A stretch of DNA of 63,962 nucleotides, filler included, from Choristocarpus tenellus KU-1152 (taxonomy: Eukaryota; Protista; Phaeophyceae), in NCBI GenBank assembly GCA_964200185.2. It is 11 parts of 11 records of this genome, joined end to end, with 100 filler letters (N's around TTAATTAATTAA, not from the genome) between each part and the next. Parts side by side here need not be neighbours in the genome. Positions count along the whole stretch, not along the records: positions 1 to 10,615 come from CAXNAD020002831.1; positions 10,716 to 13,420 come from CAXNAD020025471.1; 9 more parts are not named here. One strand, given 5' to 3'. Position 1 is the first letter of the stretch. Each line of letters starts with the position of its first letter. Below, in pieces: positions 1-11,066 of the stretch. Under the pieces are notes generated by a model. That model worked only from the letters and a program-made list of their open reading frames with translations. It was not told where the DNA came from and made no database searches. Made by a program: the position numbers and the translations under genes.

Positions 1-171
1 TTGTTAGGAAGTGTCAATATCTGTGTTTCGGACACACCATTTCATAACATAAACATTTTACCTACTCCTAAACATTTTGGAGTAGGAAAATGTCATAAAA
101 ACACGCATGGGAAACCAAGCTCCAAATGGACAAACAGAGCAAAATTTGTACCCTCTAAGATACTTTCACTC
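1..171 (-). mobile_element. MITE family A copy, truncated by window start
   Basis: Reverse-orientation match to the copies at 3059, 5505 and 33759; ends in TIR ...TACCCTCTAAGATACTTTCACTC. Confidence 0.85.
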
Positions 172-961
172 TGTATGTGTGTATTGTGTGTGTGGATGTA
201 TGTATGTATTATGGATGTACTCGTGACCTTAGTTCTTGGAGTTAACCTTGCATGTTTGGTCTTTTTTTGTTAAACCCTTCCAAGATTACTCCAATTGGGA
301 TGATTGCCAATACACTGCCACTACCACATCCAGGGAGGAGTACCATTAAACGACCTCCTCATAGTAGTGCTGCTGTAGGTACGCCAAAGAATAGCTACAA
401 GTGTCTATTCGTGGAAGCTTTGGGGAGTGATGAGTCTGTTGTTACAGTCTTCATTAATGTACTAGGGTTACTCTTGAATCATGGCAGGATGAAAGTGTAG
501 GGGAAACTTCAAGGTAAATTCACCATCTTGTTGACTGAATGTGACCAAGGATTATGGTGTGGAAGGTATGGAATCAAAACCAACATTATACCAGTCGAAC
601 AGCCTAAGTATTGTGTTCACCCATTAGGAAGCTTTCGACCTGCAATCTCCCCTATCACCTCAATCAATCATATTGTTGATGTTATGATTGATGTTCTCTT
701 CGACATGACTCCTTAGGTTTCCCAACTGATTATTGTATGTTTTTCGTTATTTTTTTTTCTCTGGACTATGCGAGATGGAGAAGAGAGGGGACTAAGCACC
801 ACTCTAGATCATACATGTGTATGAGGTTTGTGGGCAACCAAGCAATGGATCCCCTATTCATGATGAGTGATCAAATGCTTCACTTGTTTTTACTCTGCCA
901 AGCTTGAAAAAATACCTGACTTATTGATTTTACCGAACCCCTCCCCCTTCCCTTTGTTCAG

Positions 962-3900
962 ATAGCAGTGGCTTCTTACAGTCATCTCGATACTTACGGG
1001 TGGTTGAAACTGCGGCAATCTCTGCTTGATTTCTTTCTAGGGCGACGAATCAAGGTGATAGGGGCATCAGGAACAGGAAAAATTGCTTAGTACCCTGTGC
1101 GTGTTAATGCTGCAGGCAAATTCCCTACATATACAACAGCGCCCACTCCTGTCTTGTCAGACAGCCTGAAGGGCTTCCCCTTCACTATTTCACATTTCCC
1201 TGTTGGTGTTGCTGTTGGACTACTTGAATGGGCCCATGCCATGCAAGAAGTGATATTGAGCCAAAGTAAAAAGAGAGGTGTGCTCAGAGTTGTATTTCAT
1301 AGGCTTCTGACACAAACATGTTCACAAATTTCTCCTTTTTTTTTCCAAGTCTGTGTGTTGGAACTTTACTCGATTCAGTCGAGAAATTATTAACAAGAGA
1401 GAAAATCATTGTACTCGGGTCAAACTCAACCCTCTGTCCGTAGAAAGCACGGGTGATTGCCAAAGATTGAAAAAACCTAACTTAAAATGTAAAAGAGCCA
1501 AAACCTGGGTACCTCTTGTTTACTTTGGCTCATTCTAAACGCTGTATTTTCAATTGTTACGGGACATTGTGCGTGGTAAAATTATAAAAAAGATAATTTC
1601 TACTGGCAATGATAGCCAACTGCATACCCTCTGTTGTCATATTCTCCCAGCACTGCTAGTCTTTAACCAATGCTTCCTGTCAGTGCTAATGTGCCTCATT
1701 CAAGCACCACCCCCACCCCCCACCCCCAGGTGTCCTTGTTTCTTCAGCACAAAGTCCAGGTACCAGATGGATCTCTAGTAGTCAACACCACAGGTCCTCT
1801 GCCACAGGGGGGAGAAAAGCCAGGCATAATTCGTTACTTCAGTCAGAAGAATTCCCAGGTGGAAACTGCAGGTGAGTGGTACTGCAATAGGGCAGGTGTA
1901 CTTGCATTCAGCATCAATTTCGTTTCAAAGCAGCACACATGCATCACCTTGCCTCTCTGAAGAGGAACTATTCTCAAGTGAGACTTGGTAGACATTCTTG
2001 CAAGGTCATCAAGCTTGACCATTGGTGTTGGAACTTTTTCTTGATAGACCATGCAGTACCTCTACCTTGGCACATACATGTTCGTACTGTGCCATCACAT
2101 GAACTAAACAAGAAATCTCAAGTATGCCAACCTCAGTTATTGTGGATTTTTTTCTGTTTGTTCCCTCAGGTCTCCCTAATCTCAACAAGTGCTGCTCCTC
2201 TTTCCCTTTGCTACCTGAAAATTTCCACTACACTAATGGGCTTGGAGCCCAACTTCCTAGTAACAGATTATACATTTGGGTGAAAGTATCTTAGAGGGTA
2301 CGAGTTTTGCACTGTTTGTCCATTTGGGGCTTAGCTTCCCGTTGGTTTTTTTATGACATGTTAAGCTGTCCTTGACGATCTGTTGTCCCACACAACCAGT
2401 TATATTATTGTTTATTGGCTTGTATCACAGTTGAGAAGAGAGTTAGATACCTTCACTAGGTGGGGCTCACCAAACCTTACAGTAAATTACTCAAAATATC
2501 AAATTACTCAACGGTTCTCTAGCATGCGTCAGAAACACTCCGCCTCTAACAGTCCGCCAATTACTTCTGGTCAAATATCCTAACCCTAAATATCCCAAAT
2601 GTCCTGCATATTCTTCTGTGCGTACACAAAATATAATAATAATACTTCAAATCATATTCTCACAAATAATCAAGCATAATCTGACATGACATTTTCCTAC
2701 TCCAAAATGTTTCAGAGTAGGCAAAATGTATACGTTATGAAAAGGTGTGTCCAGGACAAGGATAGGGACACTTCTCAACAAACAAGATAGCCATGATCAC
2801 ATCAAAATCGCAACATTGGATTTTGGCCCCCAAATGGACACGGCCCTTCCCTCTAAGATACTTTGGCTCTTTCCAACCGTAACCAAACACACTGACTTCA
2901 GTAAGGAATTCCCACCCTTTGATGGGAAAGTGGCACCTTTTTGTGGAATCACTTGCCTGCTGAAGCTTGTTTAGCTTAAGCTACAAGCCACCAACAATGG
3001 TGGCGGTTGCTGATAACGTGGTAATTGAGCACTATCCACCCTCTGAACTGGGCTATACGAGTGGAAGTTTCTTAGAGAGTACGATTTTTGCCCTGTTTGT
3101 CCGTTTGGGGGTTGGCTTCCCACGTATTGTTTAAAGACATTTTCCTACTCCGAAATGTTTTGGAGTAGGTAAAACTTTTATGTTATGAAAAGGTGTGTAT
3201 GGAACAAGGATATTGACACTTCCTAACAGACACAACAGTCAAAATTTCATCAAAATAGCAACATTAGATTTTGCCCCAAACGGACGCGGCTCTACCCTCT
3301 AATACACTTTGACTCATACATTACTGACGGACTGATATCTGTAGAGGATCACTATGTTCGGTCCACTATGTCCTTCTCAGGGCGTTATTTGCAGTGTAGA
3401 ACAAACACTATGTAGTAAAATATAAAGGCATGCCAACACAGCTTAAGCCCTGTTGTGTTGGTTGCCTCAACCAAGAAATCTGTTAGCAAGGGTACACTGT
3501 TCAATTCTCCATATATTTCACCAGTACAGCAGGAGTCTGTTGATAGGTATACTGCTGGACCCCTCTTCGTTGCCCTGACACCACAGCCGTGCCCTGCTTT
3601 GGGTTAGGACAGCATGCAATTTGTCACAACACCTGATATGACCCAGACTCTTAATCCTGAAGCACTCTACCCCTTTCAATATTCTACACTTTTCCCCCAC
3701 TTTAAATGTTTGCAGTGAAAACACCCCCTGCAACAGCAGTTGTGAGAGATAGAGCTGGACTGTGGCTTAGAAAATACGACCACAAAATATGTTTTGTGTT
3801 GATGAGTGCTTCGAAGGCCTGCTTCATACAAGACTCCTTTCTATTAAATAAATGTGACCGGCATTGCCTTACTTTATTAATTTTGCTGCTTGTTGCACTG

Positions 3901-6081
3901 CTCCGGATTGCCCCTTGTAACACTCTCCCTTCCTCATACCTTGTGCGAACAACAGACCAAGAGGTTGTTGAGCATCTCCTCCCGATGCTATCAGCAGAAG
4001 ACGTGCAACCTTCCCTCAAGACATACCTGGATTGTGATTGCCCAATGGGAATGAGCCTATATTGCGCGGTATGTACTGACTGTGATCTCAGATTTTCTCG
4101 TTTATTTTTGTTCAAACCTGCATAACACAGCACAGTGCTCTGAATAATCAATACCATCAATTACTGAATATTCACTTCAAAGCATGCATACAAGTGTGTA
4201 GTACACCTTCCCCTCCAGTGGAAGACGCTGAGGTCACCAAACCAAGCCTTGTCATTGGACATTGACTGCTCTAGTGAAGTAAAGCAACATCGTGCTGCTT
4301 TTTTGGGATGTCTCAACCCTACAGTTTCTTACACAATTCCAGGTTTACTGCCATCGATCAACAAGATATTGTACCCAAAGTAGTGGGAACCCCAGCAACG
4401 CCATCCTGCTTTTGTATAACTTCCTAATATTCCTGGTGAAGAATCAGACTTTGATCTAACCAACGACATGAAAAGGGGAAATTGCAGTCAAGTCATATTT
4501 GTGTTCATCCCCCATCTCTCTTCAAGATTGACAATATAGAGCTGCAACAGGAATAGGAGCAGTGTGCCTCCATGTTGTACATCACAAATTCCAACTGATA
4601 AACGACTGGGCAAACTGAGGGCCAGCCTTGCTAGTGCAGCTTGTTATTGTTGTTGCGGTGTCTTAAATAACTGCAATTTTAGGGGAGAGTGAACATTACT
4701 CTTGGGGATATTTTTTTGAATCCAGAAAACTAAATACAAATACCTAAAAAGAACAGCGCCTGTTAAGCATGTAGACCTCTAAGACAGACCTGGGTGCATT
4801 GTTGCAATAAGTGTTGGGAAAGGTTCTCCCAACACTAGCACCTCCCTCTGGTAAAAGCAATCAATACTAACCTGGACTCACAATCTCAATTTAGCGTCGA
4901 CTTAGGGTTATGCGCTTGTATTCGTCGGTCCCCCCCCCCCTGTCTTCCACCAATACCCGCAGCCACCTGACGGAGCCTTGGACCCAGGAGTTAAGGGCCT
5001 GAGGACTAAGGCCACGGAGGCAGCAGAACTGTTTTTGGCGTCATCTGCAAGGCCAAGGGCAGAATCTAGATCAAGATTCAACAGGGAGGAGAAAGGTGTG
5101 CTATCTACAGGAACCTCAGAAGCACCCAGCTAAACATGATGCTTTGTGCCAGGCTTGCATGCTGTGCTGCCAAGGCAAAAGTCATCCACCTCACCATGGA
5201 CGCGCGCGCGCGCGCACACACACACACACACATCAAACACACACATCAAACACCCAAAGTCCCATTTGCTGACGATTGAACACCAGCTGAGAGGAAGGTG
5301 GACAAGACAGCCGCTGCCACTGCTGGACTCAACCTATTGGCAAGCCTTGTGGGCTCCTCTGCCAAGGATGTGGACTCCAAGGAGGGCGCCACTGCATTCA
5401 AGATTAACCTCTTCCCAGGAAATTCCTTCGACAGTGCTCAGGCCAAGGACGGAGAGGAGGTCAGAAACACTTCTCCTTTACTACTATCCATATATTTTTA
5501 TATTGAGTGGAAGTATCTTAGAGGGTACGAGTTTTTCCCTGTTTGTCCATTTGGGGCTTGGCTTCCCAAGGGACTTCAATGACATTTTACCTACTCCAAA
5601 ATGTTTCAGAGTAGGTAAAATGTATGAACCTTATGAAAAGGAGTGTCTGGAACAAGGATACTGACATTTCCAAACAAACACAATAGTCAAAATTACATCA
5701 AAATTGCAACATTGGATTTTGGCCCCCTAATGGACACGGCTCTAACCCCCTAAGATACTTTGACTCATTCCTTCACCCTATGCCTATAAATAAGCCTATA
5801 TCAATACCCTGTTTGGTTTTGTGCTCCTGGGACCCAAAGCCTACTTCTTGCTCACATTTATTTATCCCTTGTGCTCTCAGGTGCCTACAATATCAATTGA
5901 TCTCGCATTGAGTCACATAGGAGCAGCAAAAATGCTCCAAGATCTGGATCTCAGTGATGATGATGTGGATTGTGCCAAGGATAGTAAGGGGGGCTGCAGC
6001 AAGGGGAATGGCTGTGGCGTCCCTGCTTTTAATGATGAGGACGACTTGTTGGCCCTTATGGACTCTGCAGAGGCCAAATGA
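962..6081 (+). CDS. OSCP1: OSCP1 (organic solute carrier partner 1 / NOR1) homologue, 3' part, spliced
   Basis: GT-AG exons: 962-1054 (IAVASYSHLDTYGWLKLRQSLLDFFLGRRIK), 1730-1871 (VSLFLQHKVQVPDGSLVVNTTGPLPQGGEKPGIIRYF...), 4963-5095, 5287-5459 (AGLNLLASLVG...FKINLF) and 5881-6081 (...DDLLALMDSAEAK*). These match recalled OSCP1 blocks IRQTLLIFF..IRVSMFL..KVQ...GP.P.G.E.PG.IR.F, LNFLARLMG..FRLNLF and C-terminal DDLLAMMD. At least one exon between 1871 and 4963 is unresolved (phase 1 to phase 0). The 5' end lies outside the window. Confidence 0.88.
2278..2869 (+). mobile_element. MITE family A copy interrupted by a solo LTR
   Basis: Left TIR GGGTGAAAGTATCTTAGAGGGTAC at 2278 and right TIR CCCTCTAAGATACTTTGGCTC ending 2869. 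Internal homology to other copies stops at 2358 and resumes at 2687. Confidence 0.85.
2359..2686. mobile_element. Solo LTR (328 bp)
   Basis: Begins TGTTAAG, ends CTGACA (TG...CA) and is flanked by a perfect 5-bp direct repeat TGACA (2354-2358 and 2687-2691). Removing the insert and one TGACA restores the MITE sequence TTATGACATTTTCCTACTCC. Confidence 0.8.
3059..3315 (+). mobile_element. MITE family A full copy (Sola-like non-autonomous DNA transposon)
   Basis: GAG...CTC termini, imperfect TIRs of about 23 bp, 4-bp TSD ATAC (3055-3058 / 3316-3319). Confidence 0.88.
5505..5766 (+). mobile_element. MITE family A full copy in last OSCP1 intron
   Basis: GAGTGGAAGTATCTTAGAGGGT...CCCCTAAGATACTTTGACTC. 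The flanks share only ATT, so the 4-bp TSD is imperfect. Confidence 0.88.
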
Positions 6082-6651
6082 AAGAAACACACCAATCGAT
6101 AAAGGTGTCCTGGTACTTAGGTACTGCATCTGGTAGTTGGTTAGCAGTCCCAATTTTCCCCTTGCGTATGCTCTGGATAACCCCCCCAAGAAACGTTCAA
6201 CATTGGGAGCCCTGGATCTGCAAATCATAAATAGGTCAATGTGATCAATAATATGTTTACTTAGTTTGCGCAAGTAGGCATGGTGTGAGAGTGGAGAGAT
6301 CACATGTAGTATCAAGTCCTTTTTTGTAACATACAAGCAACTCCAATGACATTCCTTCTTCTTCCCGGGTTGAGTGCGGTGGTTTGTGTGAAGACCCTAT
6401 TGCCTGCGATGGACCTTATCTTGTTCAATTGATGCAAATAATGTGGGTGATAAAACAGAGTGTTAATGGCAACAATAGAAGAAAACCTACGTGTTTTTTT
6501 TTAATTTGACAGCCCCTCAGAGAATGATAGGTCATACGATAAATTTGCCTCACAGTAAGGTGCCATGTGTGGTGAAACAGCTCCAAGAAATAATATATTT
6601 GCTAGCACACTTGGCTCTGCTTTAAGCAAGTCATGATACATCTATCTGTTG

Positions 6652-6875
6652 CTAAACAGGAGATGTTCTGGTCTTGATGCTGCAATGGACTGCATAGTTC
6701 CAAAGTAAACGAGACGGACCAAGGGCTTTGACCATTTTTGCATTTTGAAGTCTGCTTTTTAATCTATGTTGCAATTCACCCAAATTTGCATGGGTGGAGC
6801 TCCAAGTTCGACTTGACGGAATTTGTTTCTCTCTCGATTGAAATTTTTCCGACACAGTTCAGCAAATAAATGTCC
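6652..6875 (-). pseudogene. Possible decayed LTR-retrotransposon integrase fragment
   Basis: Frameshifted peptides FAELCRKN...APPMQ and ...LLWNYAVHCSIKTRTSP loosely follow the integrase pattern F..FC...GI....P..PQ.NG.AER......LW.YAV..A....N..P. Confidence 0.3.
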
Positions 6876-6930
6876 TTACATGCAAACCTGTAAAGAAAGC
6901 AGAGTTTTTGCTAAGATTCGTCAGGTCTCA

Positions 6931-6984
6931 TGGCGACACCGGTGAGATTTGAACTCTCGAGTGCAAAGCACACAAACTTAGCAT
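6931..6984 (-). pseudogene. tRNA-Ser(GCU) 3'-half copy with encoded CCA
   Basis: Minus strand reads TGCTAA GTTTG TGTGCTTTGCACTC GAGAG TTCAAAT CTCAC CGGTGTC G CCA: GCT anticodon, long Ser-type variable arm GTGC-TTT-GCAC, T-arm with one mismatch, acceptor 3' strand, G discriminator and CCA. No 5' half or D-arm. Confidence 0.75.
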
Positions 6985-9900
6985 TCAGTGCGAACCGTGT
7001 TATTTGGTGGCGGCGTGGTTCACTCAGGTAAGGGTGGTGGTGAAGAGAATCACCAGGGGAGACGGACCAGACGAACCAAGATGAATAATAACCGAGAGGA
7101 CGAGGTTAAGGTTGGACAAGTGCAAGATTGCAAGGACTTGCAGGAAAAATGTAGAGTGACTGGTGACTAGTGATGAGAATATTATGAGAGGAGGATCGTC
7201 ACAAAAGTCAAGACGTGACAACTACACTGAGAACTTCTTTTATTCGATATAATACATTTTGGTAGTGAGTGTATAGTGCTCCTGATCCCCCCCACATCAC
7301 ATGTCCATATCTTTCTTAGCCTTCCCGAAACTGGAAAGAGGAGCTTGGAGCATCAGACCTCTGCCTTAAGTGATGAGGTACTTACTCTCTTTGCTTCCTT
7401 CTCTGCCCATGTAGTGTATGTCGCAGTTCACCAGTCGTATTCCTAATGCTTAAGAACCATAATGTACGACCACATCATCAAAACTCACAACGTATTCAAA
7501 TAAATGCGGTAAGTCCATTGCAGACTTCTTTCAGCTTGCACCACATCATCCACCGCTTAAGCTATCTATATACATGCAAAAGAAAACGTGCCTTGACACG
7601 AACGCACAAGGCAGGTGTCCCTTTACGTTGAGCAGTGTGAACACCCCCACATACACAGAGCATCACTCCAAACAGAGTACACTTGAACAGAGCGTGTCCA
7701 TAATACATGGAGGTCAGTCAGTCCCTCAACATGTGAAATCACAACAAAATAGAACAATTTTAAAATGCGAGAAGGCAAAATGTGTTTTAAATCCCCGCCA
7801 TTTCATCTCTATACAATTCCTCGTTAGGAGGGGTGTGCACCTTACACTGGTCGCGTCCAATGACAGGCGCCATCTCGTATAGCTTCATAGGGTGCATGTG
7901 AGAGGGGTCGGCATCATGGGTAAAGGGCAATTGAACTGTACATCATGTGTGTACCAGTGCTAGAAATTGCAGTGGGGGGGACCGGGGGGTGGCAGCACGT
8001 CACCCCCAAAATCGATCAGTATCACCCTCTGCCACCATGAAAGAAGATGAAAACCACGTATGCTAGGTGGGATGGCAGTATAAGGATATCACATTACACC
8101 GTATTTGATTTGATGCACTCAACTCCCACTCCATCCCAATGATCAAGGTGCCGCAACCTTTTCAATCTTGATCTGCACACCCTTGCTCACTCAACAAACA
8201 GGAAAGAAAACACTGTCCAAGGAGACCTAGAGAACCGAGTATGAATCCGGGAGGGGGGGTAGAAGTAGCATAAGGCTATCTCACTTCTACCTGTATCATG
8301 CTGGCGCCACGAAAATCTAAACTTTTTTTTTTTTTACCAGGCTACTCCAAATCACAGAGTTCTATAACAGATATATTAATAGTAGAACACTTTGCCTAAC
8401 AAAAAGCCCAACTACTCTTGGACAAACAAACAAAAACATCTCGCCACCATACACACAAGCAAACACATGCCCTCATCCCCACCTCTCAGGTCTTTATTCA
8501 ACCCCTCTACCGTAGCCATCTCTCTCTCTCTCTTTCTCTCTCTCTGCCACCATGCCATACAAGAGGTCCAACATGCATGAAGCCCATTGGAGGACCTTAA
8601 AAGACCAAGCCCTGGATACTAAAACGACAAAGCATTGGAAGCATAAAACATAATGCAGCCCACACTTCCCGCCAGCCAGCAACCCTGCCCCAAAGACCCG
8701 AGCCCTGCAGAACAAATACTCAAATCTCTCAGTATGCTCTTGATCTATTAGAATCAAAGCTAAATAACACCACATCAACCAATGAGAAGAAGCAACGCCC
8801 TGATCCTTCTCCCCCGCCGGTCCCATTCCACACGATTCCTTACCAACTGGACTATAAAAGACACAACAACAAAAGGTACATAATTAATTTGAATATTTAT
8901 GGTCCCACATTCCTCTCCCAAGGGATACATCCAACAGCAGCTCCAAACCCACAACCTGATTCATCCAGGTGTCAGCCGAAGTTGTCCCTGCATGTACACA
9001 TGTGCAGCCCTCCCAACAAGCAGCTAGCATATCCCTCACCAGAAATCATACCGAGTATTGCCTATTAGGAACAGCTGCTCTTGGAAGCAATGCTTCCACC
9101 CCCCTGGTTTGCCCCTGTACCCAAACAGTAGAGCTCAATCGCTGTAACGATACCACCCTCTGTTGCATCTGAGATGTACTATCTAAGTGTAACTACTTGT
9201 CCTCCCCTTTCATCTTCCCCTCTGTGTATCACACACACCCTGTTGTAACCCACTGCAGGGTAGCCTATCGCCCGGAGACCATCAGCCTATCCTCTCTAAG
9301 CTGACAACACCACCAAAAGTGATGTCTTAAAACAGCTCACGGTAGATACCCTTCCATCAACCATGCCCCTTACCCCCTCCAACCTCATGACAACAGGGCA
9401 AAATGAGACTGTCACTTCAGTCTCAGGACCATTCGACCATTAATCTGGACAAGCTCAAAGCCGTCAGGTATATCAGGGCCTGTCCCTGCCCCGCCCATCT
9501 CATTCTCATCCTCCTAGTAACGTCACAAGCGCATTGAAACGAAGTGCGAGGGGAGGGTGGTGTTATGCCCTGCAACAAAAGCACAGCGAAACTGCTAAGA
9601 AGGTTTACTATACCCTCAGCTAGCCATAGGTACAGACTGGTGTTGAAGTTCATCTAATGGCACCAGTAACAAAACAACTTCAAGAACGCCTTTCAGGGTG
9701 AACTTCAAGAAAATCAGTGAGAGCATTAGTTGGCAAGCTAGCTAGCATATGCAGTACCATACTTTAAAGGGACAGGGGGTAAAAACATGCTCGACACCAA
9801 CTGTTTCAATTCAGTACCCTTGCCAACTCCTGCTTGGGTGAAAAAACCTACCACATATAACTTGGAAGGCGATCGCAGATTGAGGTGCAAAAAAAACTAA

Positions 9901-10615
9901 GCAGGAAACACATGCGTTAGTGCATTACCATCAGAAGTTGTCGCCGGTCTGCAAATGGTTGTGGGGGTCTCTAATGTGCTTAGGTTTCATGTTGGCAGCT
10001 GAATGGGGTTGGTGGTGGTACATACTGACTTGGGTCTCTACACACTTCCTTTCACTGACTACTCAACAAAAACTCACCTGCAGAATGGCCACATACATGC
10101 AGCGGAAATTTCTTGACCATATATATATATATATATATTTTATCTACTAGTGAGGAAAGAAAAAAAAATCTTGAACGATGCTACCAACAGGTGTCCAAGA
10201 AACCGATGGAAACAGGGTCCACTGCTCTAACCCTAAGAGATGCTTCTCACCAAAACATAACAGTCATAGCAAAAAGATCAGTAGAAGTAAAATGAAGCAC
10301 CCTCAATAGCCCCGTCGCCAAGAACTCTTATCATTGAAGTACTGCCTTGATAGTTAGGTGGAAATTGATCCCAGCAGTGGTAGGTCAAACTCACCAAGAA
10401 ATGGTGGAACTGTCTACTGGGGGTCTCAGAAGGATCCATACACCAGTGGTACACGATCAATTGCCTGCGGGTGTCGAAAGTCCAATATAATTTTTTTTTC
10501 GGGCACTCTACTATTTTTTTGGGAGGGGGGGGGGGGGGGGGGGGGGGGAGGGGGGGGGGGGGGGGGGGGAAGAAGATGATCGAGATTTTGGTTTTGGTGA
10601 GGAGGGAACTTTTTT

Positions 10616-10715
10616 NNNNNNNNNNNNNNNNNNNNNNNNNNNNNNNNNNNNNNNNNNNNTTAATTAATTAANNNNNNNNNNNNNNNNNNNNNNNNNNNNN
10701 NNNNNNNNNNNNNNN
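10616..10715. other. Artificial contig spacer N44-TTAATTAATTAA-N44 (first of ten)
   Basis: Identical 100-bp spacers with six-frame stops at 10616-10715, 13421-13520, 19527-19626, 22716-22815, 28305-28404, 32945-33044, 35708-35807, 42576-42675, 50132-50231 and 58155-58254. Confidence 0.98.
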
Positions 10716-11066
10716 GGTTAGTGTCATGGATTCTACGATAACGCTAACGTTGAGAGTTACGTTGTCCGAGGTGTGGTGTAGTGTAGGTCCTGGACCAAAC
10801 CAGATTTCCCGTGAGTGGTAGGTCGAACTATAGGTTTCAGCACTTGTTACCACCTGGAAGGGAAAGATAACATTGTGGTGGTGAGGTTCATTCGAGTTAT
10901 TTAAATTGAATTTCTACGCCGTCGGTCTTCTTGTGGCCTGGTCTGTAGTTGTGTTGTTGGGGCAGAGGGATTTGGGATTGTGGGGGACAGGAGCAAGAAG
11001 ATCAGGGGGCTAAGATCCGTGACAGGTCCTGATTTTTAGGCCCTATACTGTGGAGGAGAAGAAATC

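Noticed and set aside
3702-4160. Overlapping 139-152 aa ORFs on both strands in an OSCP1 intron
   Set aside because: No recognisable domain or splice-consistent link; at most a very decayed retroelement.
7574-10460. Possible decayed retroelement (KC..F...QFL-like peptide near 7760-7830)
   Set aside because: Single weak motif with no ordered RT motifs found.
10616-10715. Recurrent TTAATTAATTAA motif between N runs
   Set aside because: Synthetic six-frame-stop linker used to concatenate contigs; not biological. Gene neighbourhoods across linkers are not evidence of a system.
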